Shown here one piece after another: positions 47,753 to 60,204 of a stretch of DNA of 64,000 bases (position 1 is its first letter; the number at the start of each line of letters is the position of its first letter). The position numbers were made by a program, and so were the translations under genes. Under the pieces are notes generated by a model. The model made no database searches. It had not been told where the DNA came from and saw nothing but the letters and a program-made list of their open reading frames with translations. This stretch comes from Escherichia coli (lineage in GTDB: Bacteria; Pseudomonadota; Gammaproteobacteria; Enterobacterales; Enterobacteriaceae): the NCBI RefSeq assembly GCF_044647545.1, contig NZ_CP172818.1. One strand, written 5' to 3'.

Positions 47753-49042
47753 ATGTTACTGGCAGGCGCTATTTTTGTCCTGACCATCGTATTGGTTATC
47801 TGGCAGCCGAAAGGTTTAGGCATCGGCTGGAGTGCGACACTGGGCGCCGTACTGGCGTTAGTTACTGGCGTGGTCCATCCGGGCGATATTCCGGTGGTGT
47901 GGAATATCGTCTGGAACGCGACGGCGGCGTTTATCGCCGTCATTATCATCAGCTTGCTGCTGGATGAGTCCGGCTTTTTTGAATGGGCTGCGCTGCACGT
48001 CTCACGCTGGGGCAATGGGCGCGGTCGCTTGCTGTTTACCTGGATTGTCCTGCTCGGTGCTACCGTTGCAGCTCTGTTTGCCAATGATGGCGCGGCGCTT
48101 ATTTTGACACCGATTGTCATCGCCATGCTGCTGGCTTTAGGGTTCAACAAAGGCACTACGCTGGCGTTTGTGATGGCGGCCGGATTCATTGCCGATACCG
48201 CCAGCCTGCCGCTTATTGTCTCTAATCTGGTGAATATCGTTTCGGCAGATTTCTTTGACCTCGGCTTTCGCGAATACGCCTCGGTGATGGTGCCGGTGGA
48301 TATCGCTGCAATACTGGCTACCCTGGTGATGTTGCATCTCTATTTCCGCAAAGATATTCCGCAGAACTACGACATGGCGCTGCTGAAATCTCCCGCAGAA
48401 GCGATTAAAGATCCTGCTACGTTCAAAGCTGGCTGGGTTGTTTTACTGCTTCTGCTGGTGGGATTTTTCGTCCTGGAACCGCTCGGCATTCCGGTAAGCG
48501 CCATTGCGGCAGTGGGCGTGCTGATATTATTTGTCGTCGCTAAACGCGGTCATGCGATTAATACGGGTAAGGTGCTACGCGGTGCGCCCTGGCAGATTGT
48601 CATCTTCTCGCTCGGCATGTATCTGGTGGTTTATGGCCTGCGCAATGCCGGACTAACGGAATATCTTTCTGGCGTACTCAACGTGCTGGCGGATAACGGC
48701 CTGTGGGCGGCGACGCTCGGTACCGGATTCCTCACCGCCTTCCTCTCTTCTATTATGAACAATATGCCGACGGTACTGGTTGGCGCGTTGTCCATTGATG
48801 GCAGCACGGCGTCTGGTGTCATCAAAGAGGCGATGGTTTATGCCAACGTGATTGGCTGCGATTTGGGGCCGAAAATTACACCGATTGGTAGCCTGGCAAC
48901 GCTGCTCTGGCTGCACGTACTTTCGCAGAAGAATATGACTATCAGCTGGGGATATTACTTCCGTACAGGGATTATCATGACCCTGCCGGTGCTGTTTGTG
49001 ACGCTCGCCGCGCTGGCGCTTCGTCTCTCTTTCACTTTGTAA
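47753..49042 (+). CDS. arsB: Arsenite efflux pump ArsB
   Basis: 429 aa from [10 protein letters not shown] (AGGAGG RBS 47743..47748); ORF track start 47732 is an extension. Confidence 0.93.
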   Translation: MLLAGAIFVLTIVLVIWQPKGLGIGWSATLGAVLALVTGVVHPGDIPVVWNIVWNATAAFIAVIIISLLLDESGFFEWAALHVSRWGNGRGRLLFTWIVLLGATVAALFANDGAALILTPIVIAMLLALGFNKGTTLAFVMAAGFIADTASLPLIVSNLVNIVSADFFDLGFREYASVMVPVDIAAILATLVMLHLYFRKDIPQNYDMALLKSPAEAIKDPATFKAGWVVLLLLLVGFFVLEPLGIPVSAIAAVGVLILFVVAKRGHAINTGKVLRGAPWQIVIFSLGMYLVVYGLRNAGLTEYLSGVLNVLADNGLWAATLGTGFLTAFLSSIMNNMPTVLVGALSIDGSTASGVIKEAMVYANVIGCDLGPKITPIGSLATLLWLHVLSQKNMTISWGYYFRTGIIMTLPVLFVTLAALALRLSFTL

Positions 49043-49054
49043 TGAGATACTGAT

Positions 49055-49480
49055 ATGAGCAACATTACTATTTATCACAACCCAGCCTGCGGCACGTCGC
49101 GAAATACGCTGGAGATGATCCGCAACAGCGGCACAGAACCGACCATTGTTTATTATCTGGAAACCCCACCGACGCGTGATGAACTGGTCAAACTCATTGC
49201 CGATATGGGGATTTCCGTACGCGCGCTGCTGCGTAAAAACGTCGAGCCGTATGAGGAACTGGGCCTTGCAGAAGATAAATTTACTGACGATCGGTTAATC
49301 GACTTTATGCTTCAGCACCCGATTCTGATTAATCGCCCGATTGTGGTGACGCCACTGGGAACTCGCCTGTGCCGCCCTTCAGAAGTGGTGCTGGAAATTC
49401 TGCCAGATGCGCAACAACGCGCGTTCACCAAGGAAGATGGCGAGAAAGTGGTTGATGAGGCGGGTAAGCGCCTGAAATAG
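49055..49480 (+). CDS. arsC: Arsenate reductase ArsC (glutaredoxin-coupled)
   Basis: 141 aa; catalytic Cys in HNPACGTSRN. Confidence 0.95.
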   Translation: MSNITIYHNPACGTSRNTLEMIRNSGTEPTIVYYLETPPTRDELVKLIADMGISVRALLRKNVEPYEELGLAEDKFTDDRLIDFMLQHPILINRPIVVTPLGTRLCRPSEVVLEILPDAQQRAFTKEDGEKVVDEAGKRLK

Positions 49481-49529
49481 CTAAAGGGGGATATGCCCCC
49501 ACGGTTTTACAAAACTCGCTTTATTTATG

Positions 49530-49635
49530 TCCGATGCGACGCTGCGCGTATTATCCCGACCTACAAAAGTTATGAAAATTCGATTTCAGAATAGATGTTA
49601 TTTGTAGGCCTGACAGGCAGTAGGGCATCAGGCGA
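49530..49635. repeat. Pair of inverted REP-like elements (BIME-like)
   Basis: GTCCGATGCGACGCTGCGCGTATTATCCCGACCTACA and inverted TGTAGGCCTGACAGGCAGTAGGGCATCAGGCG resemble the REP consensus. Confidence 0.6.
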
Positions 49636-50653
49636 TCAAAATTTTGATGCTATTTACACAGTATGCCGCGTACAAACAAACCAAAAAACAAAACCCCGAG
49701 AAAAAACAAAAAACAAAAAAAAAAAAAAAAATTCCAATTAAGCTTCACAGACAAATTTACTAAAAACGAATAACCAATAGAAGAGAAGCAATGCTTAGTT
49801 AATCAGCCATTCAGAAACCCCCACTTAACCAATACCAAACTTAATATTAACCCATAAAAAACACCACCAAAACTCAACATTTAAAGATGTACTGCCATAT
49901 CTTTTTAGGGCATAATATACTCTTTTATTTATCTTTATTCCCTCAGATGATTCCCTCATCACAAATACCCCTCCCACCCATACGCCGTGTTTATCCCTAT
50001 ATACCCAACATTATCCCTCTCATCTGTTTGATACAAAAGAATTCTACATTAACATTAACCACCCCAACCACGAATGATATTACTTAAATCAATCAAAACC
50101 GATGATATTCATAGTTACTATACTATCTACTATTACTCAAAGCTATTTTAAAAACCACATAAACTATAAATATATCCTTATCCTCTGAAAAACATAAAGA
50201 TACCTTAAAAAAACAAATAATTAACACTTTATAATTTATGACGGACTCATAATCATCAACGACAATCACCACCAATCATTTCCAATTTTACAAACAATCT
50301 CTTCTCATATCATCCTTTAAACACTTTTTTAAACAAAAAAACACACTTTAACCTGGCTCATTATTACACATCTAAAACATCACAAAAATATCACTTCACA
50401 CACTATCGGAGAACATCATAACTTCTTAAAATGAGCGCTTTTTGATAGTTGTTAACGTTTTCCTTTACGATACTATCACTGCCCTTTTTTTATACACAAA
50501 TATTACCTGGTGGAAATGAAAGGGAAGTTAAAGGTAATTATATCAGGAAGATATGACGCATTGTGTTTATTTCCGCGTAGAAGAAAATCCATTCCTGCTC
50601 TAATTCTCCGATTTACAAAAATTTAGCGAAATAGATGAACAATAAGGAATGTT

Positions 50654-51874
50654 ATGTCAATTGACTTTACCCCAGGTATGATAAATACATATCACGGCGA
50701 TATTTATAACCGCACAACAGATACCGACAATGCTAAAACACCAGACACACCGATGTGGCCTTGTGATAATCAGGAAGAACAGCAACCCATTAATTTTTCA
50801 TTGTCTGAAGAAGGATATAACGCTGAACAATTTGATTTAGCGCAACAACAACTCCAACAAATTAATGCGTGCCACACGAACACCACATATACAAATGCAG
50901 ACTACTCAAAAGTTGTGGCTCAACTTGTAAAACTTATTAATAACATTGAAACGATAAGTTCGACACCACTTACGCAACAGACACAATCAATACTTAATCA
51001 GATTAATAACATTAGATACGAAAAGAATAAAAACTCTGAATCTAAAATCATTGTTGTCTTTAATCCTAAGCCCAATAAGCCAATCATAACTAAAATTCTC
51101 GTAGAAGAGGGAATACCAGTAAGATTCAGTGTCCAAACCGTTTCTTCCGAAAATAAAAATTTTTCTGGGCAACGAACTGATTTACCAACTGATATAAAAG
51201 ATATTCAACGCTTGTACCAAAAAATGACAAGGTTGTATATTGAGCACAGTGAAAATGAAAACAGGATGAAAGTCTTTGCTGGAACCAACTTTATTGATTT
51301 CAATATGACAGGACAGGACCTGTCCGGGTTCGTTCTAACCTTGTCAAGGTTTTATTTCGAAGATTTACTTAATGTAAACTTCACTGACGCAAATTTTGAT
51401 ACTATTTTTTCACATAAGGAAAACCCCATCACAAATTTACATAAAGATGAACAATATGTTGACAAACAAATCAATGGTTTATTTTCAACATTATTAACCA
51501 TTAATGACAACTCTTTAAGAGCAAAAGCGGAAATTGTTTCGACAATAATAGAATTATTAGAAACCAGGGTAAACAATCTTTCATACAACGACATAATAAA
51601 ATATCAGCAAGAATTCCAAAAAGAATGTTACAAGCAAGTTAAAGATTTTACAACACCCTCTCGATACAATAGAATTAAAAAATGGGCACAAATGTCTGAA
51701 TATCAATTCGAAATATTTCAACACGATACGTTTCATCTTAAAAAAATGTCATACGCACCTTATTTAAAGAGATCGCTACCTGATGAAAAAACTATAAATT
51801 ATGGGGTGGAAATAGAAACACCAACTGGCAAAAGAATTCGCTTATCAAATCATTACCAGAATATAATCCCATAA
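50654..51874 (+). CDS. yhiS: Uncharacterized protein YhiS-like with pentapeptide-repeat segment (uninterrupted)
   Basis: 406 aa AT-rich ORF; no IS element inside. Confidence 0.75.
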   Translation: MSIDFTPGMINTYHGDIYNRTTDTDNAKTPDTPMWPCDNQEEQQPINFSLSEEGYNAEQFDLAQQQLQQINACHTNTTYTNADYSKVVAQLVKLINNIETISSTPLTQQTQSILNQINNIRYEKNKNSESKIIVVFNPKPNKPIITKILVEEGIPVRFSVQTVSSENKNFSGQRTDLPTDIKDIQRLYQKMTRLYIEHSENENRMKVFAGTNFIDFNMTGQDLSGFVLTLSRFYFEDLLNVNFTDANFDTIFSHKENPITNLHKDEQYVDKQINGLFSTLLTINDNSLRAKAEIVSTIIELLETRVNNLSYNDIIKYQQEFQKECYKQVKDFTTPSRYNRIKKWAQMSEYQFEIFQHDTFHLKKMSYAPYLKRSLPDEKTINYGVEIETPTGKRIRLSNHYQNIIP

Positions 51875-52119
51875 TATTGAACATTAGCGCTTTATAATCA
51901 TTGAATAAAAATAGATTTTATGCACCTTTAAAAAAAGGCTATTTTATGGGGCGATGGATACTCATGTCACGCCCCAAAATTAACAGAATTAAACTAAACA
52001 GAAGGGATATAAACATCAGACAGGTTTACGTTACTATCAGGCATATCGCCTCAGAATCAGATGAAAACTATAAAGAAATATCTATTATGGTTTTAATATT
52101 TGTTGATAAGGATAGTAAC

Positions 52120-52686
52120 ATGAACATGACAAAAGGTGCACTCATCCTCAGCCTTTCATTTTTGCTTGCCGCATGTAGTTCAATTCCGCAAAATATCAAA
52201 GGCAATAACCAACCTGATATTCAAAAAAGTTTTGTTGCTGTTCATAACCAGCCGGGGTTATATGTTGGTCAACAAGCGCGCTTTGGTGGGAAGGTTATCA
52301 ACGTTATCAATGGCAAAACGGATACGTTGTTAGAAATCGCTGTATTACCGTTGGATAGCTATGCGAAGCCTGATATTGAAGCCAACTATCAGGGCCGACT
52401 GCTCGCCAGACAAAGCGGCTTCCTTGATCCAGTGAACTATCGTAATCACTTTGTTACCATCCTCGGTACCATTCAGGGTGAACAACCTGGCTTTATCAAT
52501 AAAGTCCCGTATAACTTCCTCGAAGTGAATATGCAGGGCATCCAGGTGTGGCATTTGAGAGAAGTGGTTAATACCACCTATAACCTGTGGGATTACGGCT
52601 ATGGTGCATTCTGGCCGGAACCGGGCTGGGGTGCGCCTTACTACACCAACGCGGTGAGTCAGGTAACACCTGAGCTGGTCAAATAA
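52120..52686 (+). CDS. slp: Outer membrane starvation lipoprotein Slp
   Basis: 188 aa from MNMTKGALILSLSFLLAACSS (lipobox); ORF track start 51901 is an extension. Confidence 0.92.
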   Translation: MNMTKGALILSLSFLLAACSSIPQNIKGNNQPDIQKSFVAVHNQPGLYVGQQARFGGKVINVINGKTDTLLEIAVLPLDSYAKPDIEANYQGRLLARQSGFLDPVNYRNHFVTILGTIQGEQPGFINKVPYNFLEVNMQGIQVWHLREVVNTTYNLWDYGYGAFWPEPGWGAPYYTNAVSQVTPELVK

Positions 52687-52838
52687 CACCACCGAAAGAT
52701 GCAGATGCTTTCTCAGCATCTGCATCATGCATTACATCAAATTAATACACAGTAAGCTAATTATTATTATAAGCCCTGTCCTGTTAATTACCTTTGGCAA
52801 ACTGATTATAAAGTTAATGTCCGCACCAGGAGTCGGTT

Positions 52839-53369
52839 ATGTTTCTTATAATTACCAGGGATACGATGTTCTTCACTGCGATGAAAAACATTCTGAGTAA
52901 AGGTAATGTCGTTCATATACAGAACGAAGAAGAGATCGACGTAATGTTGCATCAGCATGCCTTCGTCATTATTGATACATTAATGAATAATGTATTTCAT
53001 TCTAATTTGCTCACTCAAATTGAACGATTAAAACCTGTCCATGTGATTATTTTCTCTCCCTTTAATATTAAACGCTGCCTGGGGAAAGTACCGGTGACCT
53101 TTGTTCCGCGAACTATCACCATCATCGACTTTGTCGCACTCATCAATGGCAGTTACTGCTCTGTGCCTGAAGCGGATGTGTCCCTTTCGCGCAAGCAGCA
53201 TCAGGTTCTGAGCTGCATTGCGAATCAAATGACAACGGAAGATATTCTGGAGAAACTGAAAATATCGCTAAAAACGTTCTACTGCCATAAACACAATATC
53301 ATGATGATCCTCAATCTTAAGCGGATCAATGAGTTGGTACGCCATCAGCATATTGATTATCTGGTGTGA
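52839..53369 (+). CDS. dctR: LuxR-family transcriptional regulator DctR (YhiF)
   Basis: 176 aa with C-terminal LuxR-type HTH. Confidence 0.9.
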   Translation: MFLIITRDTMFFTAMKNILSKGNVVHIQNEEEIDVMLHQHAFVIIDTLMNNVFHSNLLTQIERLKPVHVIIFSPFNIKRCLGKVPVTFVPRTITIIDFVALINGSYCSVPEADVSLSRKQHQVLSCIANQMTTEDILEKLKISLKTFYCHKHNIMMILNLKRINELVRHQHIDYLV

Positions 53370-53399
53370 ATATTCAGGGTACTGGTAACGGTATCCGGG

Positions 53400-55092
53400 T
53401 TAATGTGTGCGATATGTCCCAGTATCGGTGTCTTTGCCGCGGGTACGGTTATAGGCCACATCAAGGCTAAACAGATCAGTGGTATATTTCGTCATTACAT
53501 CCCAGCCCCAGATTTTGGCGTTCGGGACGTTATACGACATAGTTGTCGCCGCCGCGAAATCGACGGTCGTGGAGATGTAATCCTTCGCTTTGGTATCAAA
53601 GTAGCTGGCTTTAAATTCCAGAGCATCATTGGACAACATCAGGTCATCAAAACGCAGCCCAAAACCGTACTCCTGAGTTTTTCGTTAGTTTCCGGACGTG
53701 CAGCGTGGCACCCAATAGTTGGTATAGAAGCGACCAATCGAGAAGTGCTTAGAATCGTTATACATTTCGCCCATCGTCGGGGCGCGGAATACCTGGGCAT
53801 ATGAGCCAAATAACATCAGCCAGTTGGTCGGGTTGATAGTCATCCCCGCACGAGATGACCATTTGTCAGCATCAACATCTTTGTAGCCGTCGCTGCTACC
53901 GCGATAACTGTCATAGCGGGTTCCGCCAAGCAGAGTAATCGGCAGATCGCGTAAGGTGATCTCATCCTGTAGCCAGCCGGAGCTAAAATAGATTTTGCTT
54001 GCGGGAAGCCCGTCGTCGCGCCGCCCGGATGTTGTTCCTGACGATAATACTCACCGCCATATGTCAGTAAGTGAGAAGCGAAACTGTCGGCAAATAAGTC
54101 CGGAACGGTTCTCCAGCCTGGCTCCTTTTGTTATCTGTTCACGATACTCGCCGGAACTCCCCGTGTTTTGCGCATTAATACGGACTTCCGACCAGTAAAT
54201 TTTTGCATCTGCATTTAACCAGTCGTTGCCCTGTGGGGCGAGTTTATAAGAAAGCTGCGCATCGCGTTGAATTGTTGAACGATCAACCATCGGGTTGCTG
54301 CTATCGAGAAACTGCTCAACAGTCTGCGGATTTTTTGGTTCACGCGCGTCGTTGTTGTAGTAACGCACTAAACCGCTCAGAGACTGGGCTGAAATCAATT
54401 TGCCAGGTCCCTTTCGCCAGCATGTTATTAATGGACTCGTCATTCGGCGCGGTTTCACCATTGCTCTGGCGTAAATCACCCCGATCGCGACTGGACCAGG
54501 CCACAATACCATCCAGATTTTCAGTTCGCCCAAACGCGCTCGCGCCTAATCCCAGGCTATGGTCCCCCGTGCCGCCAGTACCAAAGACACGAAAACCACT
54601 GCTTTGTCCTTCCTGCAATAAATCTTTTGCATCGACCGTATCGTAGGAGATCACTCCACCCAGCGCGCCACTGCCATACAGTAATGCTGAAGGTCCGCGA
54701 ACGATCTCAACACGCTTGATCAGCGCCGGATCGAGAAAAGTGCCATTCAGGTGTCCGGTATCCGTTCCCTGGCGAACACCATCGACAAGAACCAGCACGC
54801 CGCGATGATCATAGCCACGCATATTTACATCCTGACCGTTGGTTCGTCCGGTACCATCAAGAGTAATTCCAGGAACATGACGCAGCAAATCAGTGGCTGG
54901 AGTCGCCGTTTGATTTTCAGGAGCGGAAGTGTCGATAACGCTGACCATCATAGGCGCTTCGAAGGAACTACGTGCATTCCCGGTTGCCGTAACGGTCATG
55001 GTTTCAGTAGCAAAAGCAAATGTTGGCAAGGTGGCAGAAACAGCCAAAGCCAACAAACTCAAACGCAACGAGGTAAATTGCGGACGTGACAT
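53400..55092 (-). pseudogene. chuA: TonB-dependent heme receptor ChuA/ShuA-like, frameshifted and 3'-truncated
   Basis: N-terminal ORF 54340..55092 has signal peptide, TonB box ETMTVTA and plug domain; continues in other frames (54051..54533, 53400..53639); about 1.7 kb remains of an expected ~2 kb. Confidence 0.8.
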
Positions 55093-55375
55093 AGCGATTC
55101 TCCATGAGGAAAATAAAATGCTGGCTGCCTGGTTAATTGCAGTGCTGGCGAAAAATAAATTTATTTACAATTCAAATGATTAGATATCACCACGGGAAGC
55201 TATTAGCGTATATATCCCGTAAAATTGCCGAATATTTCTGATAATTCAGCAAAAGCACGCCCTCTTTGTCAGGCAAAGTAGTACGCCACGTCTGAAGTGA
55301 AGAGTGCTGTGCGTTTCCCTTACAAAAGATATGATTTTGTTATCCATGATGTCATATTTTGTTAAACTCAAACGT

Positions 55376-55394
55376 GATAATGAGAATTATTATC
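55376..55394. promoter_or_regulatory. Fur-box-like operator in the chuA-chuT divergent region
   Basis: GATAATGAGAATTATTATC versus consensus GATAATGATAATCATTATC (2 mismatches). Confidence 0.6.
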
Positions 55395-55722
55395 GATCAA
55401 TTTTTTATGATCAAGCTTTTTTAACCGCCATTAACACAATAAACAGGGATTATGGAATCTTATCCAGCATCAGAAAACCATCCTGTGTTTATGGCTATCC
55501 CCCACAACCTCATCACAAAACGTTGTCGTTAACAGTGATAATTTTCTCTTCTCTTTGCTCTGCAAGCCGCGATATCTCCGGGTTCTCAGCTTTTTCCCGC
55601 GCTGAAATTTAATCGGTAACAAGAACGTTCACGACGAAGCATCTTGATAAAAATCAAAAATAAATACGCTTGTAACGCCGTGCGTATTGAATCGACGGTT
55701 GTATTTCATATATAACTCAAAT

Positions 55723-55741
55723 GATAATCATGATCATTCTC
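55723..55741. promoter_or_regulatory. Fur-box-like operator upstream of the chuT remnant
   Basis: GATAATCATGATCATTCTC, close to the Fur consensus. Confidence 0.55.
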
Positions 55742-55845
55742 AATTTGATAAGGGTTCTCATATTATGCCAAGGATCATCACCAGGCCGTTTCTTTTTTCC
55801 CCACTGACGTTATGTATTTCAGCCGTGGCCTCTGCCGCGAAGACC

Positions 55846-56674
55846 ATGGTAAAACGAAAAAAATTGTTTACGGCATTACTGGCTCTTAGCTGGACTTTTA
55901 GCGTAACGGCTGCGAACGTATCGTGGTCGCAGAGATCGCTGACGGAGCTAATCTACGCGATGGGCGCTGGCAAACGCGTGGTTGGTGTCGATGAAACGAC
56001 ATCTTATCCACCAGAAACCGCCAGACTGCCGCATATTGGTTACTGGAAACAACTCAGCAGCGAAGGCATTTTGTCACTTCGCCCGGATAGCGTAATTACC
56101 TGGCAGGATGCAGGACCGCAAATTGTGCTCGAACCGACTGCGGCGCAAGAGTCAACGTCGTCACTCTGCCGCATATTTCCGCCACCCTTGAGCAGATGTA
56201 CGCCAACATTCGCCAACTGGCAAAAACGTTACAGGTTCCTGAACAAGGCGAGGCGCTGGTGACACAATCAACCAACGCCTGGAGCGAGTACAGCAAAACG
56301 TGGCGGCCAAAAAAGCCCCGGTTAAAGCCATGTTTATTCTCTCCGCAGGCGGAAGTGCGCCACAGGTTGCCGGTAAAGGCAGCGTCGCGGACGCCATTCT
56401 TTCGCTTGCCGGAGCAGAAAACGTCGCTACCCACCAGCAGTACAAAAGCTACAGCGCGGAATCGCTGATTGCGGCTAACCCTGAAGTGATTGTCGTCACC
56501 TCACAAATGGTCGATGGCGATATTAATCGGCTACGTTCTATTGCCGGAATTACCCACACTGCCGCATGGAAAAACCAGCGCATTATCACCGTTGATCAAA
56601 ACCTGATTCTGGGAATGGGTCCGCGTATTGCTGATGTCGTTGAGTCTTTACACCAGCAGCTTTGGCCGCAATAA
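55846..56674 (+). pseudogene. chuT: Periplasmic heme-binding protein ChuT-like, frameshifted
   Basis: Three frame segments (55687..56262, 56196..56468, 56300..56674) jointly encode a signal peptide and a class III periplasmic binding protein. Confidence 0.75.
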
Positions 56675-56693
56675 ATGGATTTAGATCAGACGA

Positions 56694-58027
56694 ATGAACA
56701 CAAATAACACCCTGGATCTCACGCCACATTTTGCTTTAGACGGTGATGCGCCATTTAAAGACAGGCGCGCCATGATGCGTTCGTGGGGCCATTCCAGTTG
56801 CCAAAGAGCAACTGACACAGACCTGGCAAGAGATGCTCAATCAAACGGTATCACCACGTAAGCGACTGGTTTATCTACACATTCCTTTTTGTGCGACACA
56901 CTGCACGTTTTGTGGTTTTTATCAGAACCGTTTTAATGACGATGCGTGTGCTCATTATACCGACGCCCTGATTCGTGAAATAGAAATGGAAGCAGACAGC
57001 GTATTGCATCAGTCTGCCCCATCCACGCGGTCTATTTCGGTGGCGGTACGCCTTCCGCGCTTTCAGCACACGATTTCGCCAGAATCATCACCACATTACG
57101 AGAAAAGCTGCCACTGGCCCCTGATTGTGAAATCACTATTGAAGGCCGGGTACTGAATTTTGACGCTGAGCGAATCGATGCTTGCCTTGATGCTGGAGCA
57201 AACCGCTTCTCAATTGGTATTCAGTCGTTTAACAGCAAAATCCGCAAGAAAATGGCCCGCACCTCGGATGGCCCAACCGCTATTGCGTTTATGGAAAGCC
57301 TGGTCAAACAACTGATGCAGCGGTGGTCTGTGACCTGCTGTTTGGTCTGCCGGGTCAGGATGCGCAAACCTGGGGAGAAGATCTCGCTGTACCACGATAT
57401 CGGTCTCAACGGCGTCAATTCTCTATGCGCTCAATGTTAGCCCAATACACCGCTGGGCAAAGCCGTGGAAAATCGGCATACTACCGTGCCCTCTCCGGCA
57501 GAACGTCGCGATCTTTACCTGCAAGGGTGTGATTTTATGGACGATGCCGGTTGGCGCTGCATCAGTAACAGCCACTGGGGCCGTACCACACGCGAACGCG
57601 ATCTCTATAACCTGCTGATTAAACAAGGTGCCGATTGCTGGCCTTTGGTTCCGGAGCCGGCGGTTCGATTAATGGTTACTCCTGGATGAACGAACGCAAT
57701 CTTCAGACCTGGCATGAATCCGTCGCGGCAGGCAAAAAAACCAGCTGCATGATGATCATGCGTAACGCCGAACGTAATGCGCAATGGCGTCATACCTTGC
57801 AGTCAGGTGTTGAAACAGCGCGCGTACCGCTGGATGAACTTACACCACATGCCGAAAAACTCGCGCCGTTACTGGCTCAATGGCACCAAAAAGGCTTAAG
57901 TCGCGATGCTTCAACTTGCCTGCGGCTGACTAATGAAGGTCGTTTCTGGGCAAGCAATATTTTGCAGTCTCTTAATGAACTAATTCAGGTACTTAATGCG
58001 CCAGCGATTGTGCGTGAAAAACCATAA
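56694..58027 (+). pseudogene. chuW: Radical-SAM heme-degrading enzyme ChuW/HemN-like, multiply frameshifted
   Basis: Fragments 56833..57156 (CxxxCxxC as CATHCTFC), 57252..57689, 57635..58027 in different frames. Confidence 0.7.
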
Positions 58028-58039
58028 CAGGAGTGATTT

Positions 58040-58534
58040 ATGAGCCATGTCTCGTTGCAGAATTTTGAAAACGGAGCCGGACGGTACGCTGGAGGTGGTA
58101 GCCGAACAATACAACACCACACTGCTGGAAGTAGTGAAAGATCTGCCCTCCTCTACCATAGTGTCAGGCGATAAATTCGATACTGTCTGGGATACCGTCT
58201 GCGAATGGGGCAACGTCACCACGTTAGTACATACTGCCGATGTAATCCTCGAATTTAGCGGCGAATTCTGCCTTCGGGTTTCCACCGCCACGGCTATTTC
58301 AACCTACGCGGAAAGCACGGCATGTCCGGGCATATGAAAGCAGAAAACTGCACACATATTGCCTTGATCGAACGTAAATTTATGGGCATGGACACCGCCT
58401 CTATTCTCTTTTTCAATAAGGAAGGCAGCGCCATGCTGAAAATCTTCCTCGGCAGGGATGACCATCGTCAGCTCCTGAGCGAACAAGTCAGCGCCTTCCA
58501 TGCTCTGGCAGCATCGTTAAAGGAACACGCCTGA
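58040..58534 (+). pseudogene. chuX: ChuX-like heme utilization protein, frameshifted
   Basis: ATG 58040 (MSHVSLQ), then ORFs 58047..58337 and 58322..58534 in shifted frames. Confidence 0.65.
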
Positions 58535-59162
58535 TGACGCCGTGGCTACTCTTTTGGCGCAGGCGGAAAAGGTGTGGGTGCCAGAACGCTTGAACTGGCG
58601 CTGGCAGCAACGTCCAGTGGCGAGTACTATCGTTCGTCATGCCGATGCCGCCACGAAACTGGCGCAACAAGGCGTACAGGTTTTTACAGGCGACGCCTGT
58701 GATGCCAGCGTAACCTGACGGATGCTTGCCACGCAGCTCGGCCCGGATGCGCTTGTGGTTCAACAATGGGCGGAGCTCAGGATTATCTGGCGCACGAACA
58801 GTGATTGATGAGGCCGAAAAGGCCGGCATCAGTCGCATGATTCTGGTGACCTCTTTGGGATGCGGCGATAGCTGGCCATTTTTATCGGAGCGAGCAAAGG
58901 CTGCGTTTGGTCAGGCGGTACGGGAAAAAACGCTGGCGGAAAGCTGGTTGCAAACCAGCCAGCTTGATTACGCCATTCTCCGCCCTGGCGGTCTGCTGGA
59001 TGCGGGCGGCAACAGGGCAAAGCACAACGGATACAAAATCAGGAGTGTCATGGTTTTGTTCACCGTGCCGATGTCGCCGCACATATCCATGAACTGGCAA
59101 ATGCGCCAGCACTTAACCAGCAGGTCTACAGTCTGATTGAACCGGACCTGAAACCGGCGTGA
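58535..59162 (+). pseudogene. chuY: ChuY-like NAD(P)-binding protein, frameshifted
   Basis: Rossmann-like FGAGGKGVGARTLELALAA visible only in a shifted frame; C-terminal fragment ORF 58726..59136. Confidence 0.6.
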
Positions 59163-59210
59163 TACCCCGGCGCGGCATGTCCGCGCCGTAATGTCGTAAC
59201 GGAGTTTTGC

Positions 59211-60204
59211 GTGCTCAAGGATTCACTCTCTTCCGCCAGGGTCTACTGGGGCTATCACTATTATTGCTAGCTCTGGTGCTGTTCGGTGCCAGTCAGGGGA
59301 GCGTAAAGAATCAGTTTTGATGCCCTTTTTGATGAGGAATACCGCCATATCTGGCTCAATATTCGTCTACCACGGGTTTTGCTGGCGGTGCTGGTAGGTG
59401 CAGCGTTGGCAACCGCAGGGGTAATTATGCAGGGGCTTTTTCGCAACCCAATGGCTGACCCTGGATTACTTGGCGTCAGTAGCGGTTCTGCATTAATGGT
59501 TGGCGTTGCTATTGTGCTGCCCTTCTCCTTCCCAGTGGTGCTGGTGCTCTATGAGCAAATGGTGTTTGCCATTGCCGGAAGTTTAGTGGTCTGCACCATC
59601 ATTTTTCTCATCACGCAGCGCCATCGCGATGGCAGCATGATGCAATTATTACTCGCCGGTATCGCCATCAATGCCCTGTGCGGCGCAGCGATCGGCATCC
59701 TGAGCTATATCGGCGATGAGCAGCAGCTACGACAACTCACATTGTGGATGATGGGCAATCTTGGACAGGCGCAATGGCCGACGTTATTGGTTGCCAGTTC
59801 ATTCATCCTACCGGCCATTATCGCAACAACTTGTCTCGCCGGAACGCTGAATTTACTGCAGCTCGGTGATGAAGAAGCCCATTACCTCGGCGTGAACGTT
59901 AAGCGTAAACGCCAGCAATTACTGTTAGTGAGCTCACTGCTCGTTGGTGCCGCCGTATCGGTAAGCGGCATTATCGGCTTTATTGGCCTGGTGATCCCGC
60001 ATCTGATTCGCATGACTACCGGAGCAAATCACCGCTGGCTAATCCCTTGCTCCGCCCTCGCCGGAGCCTGTTTATTGCTGATGGCAGACACGCTTGCCCG
60101 CACGCTGGTACAGCCAGCAGAAATGCCCGTGGGATTATTAACCAGCCTGCTTGGTGGTCCTTATTTTATGTGGTTGATTCTGCGCAACCCGGAGGATCAC
60201 ATGA
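59211..60204 (+). pseudogene. chuU: Heme ABC transporter permease ChuU-like (FecCD family), frameshifted at N-terminus and fused in frame to downstream ATPase fragment
   Basis: ORF 59379..60386 carries FecCD-like TM segments and reads through into the ATPase N-terminus. Confidence 0.7.

Noticed and set aside
49721-49737. A17 homopolymer as a sequencing artefact
   Set aside because: Cannot be judged without reads; kept as a finding because the whole surrounding kilobase is compositionally unusual, not just the tract.
50000-52000. Looked for an IS5 (insH) insertion in yhiS as in K-12 MG1655
   Set aside because: No transposase ORF or IS-like inverted repeats; yhiS is continuous here.
53403-53804. 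133-aa plus-strand ORF
   Set aside because: Antisense to the 3' remnant of the chuA pseudogene; no independent support.
55304-55612. 102-aa ORF in the chuA-chuT divergent region
   Set aside because: Overlaps the Fur-box-containing promoter region, has no RBS and reads as low-complexity; more likely non-coding regulatory DNA.
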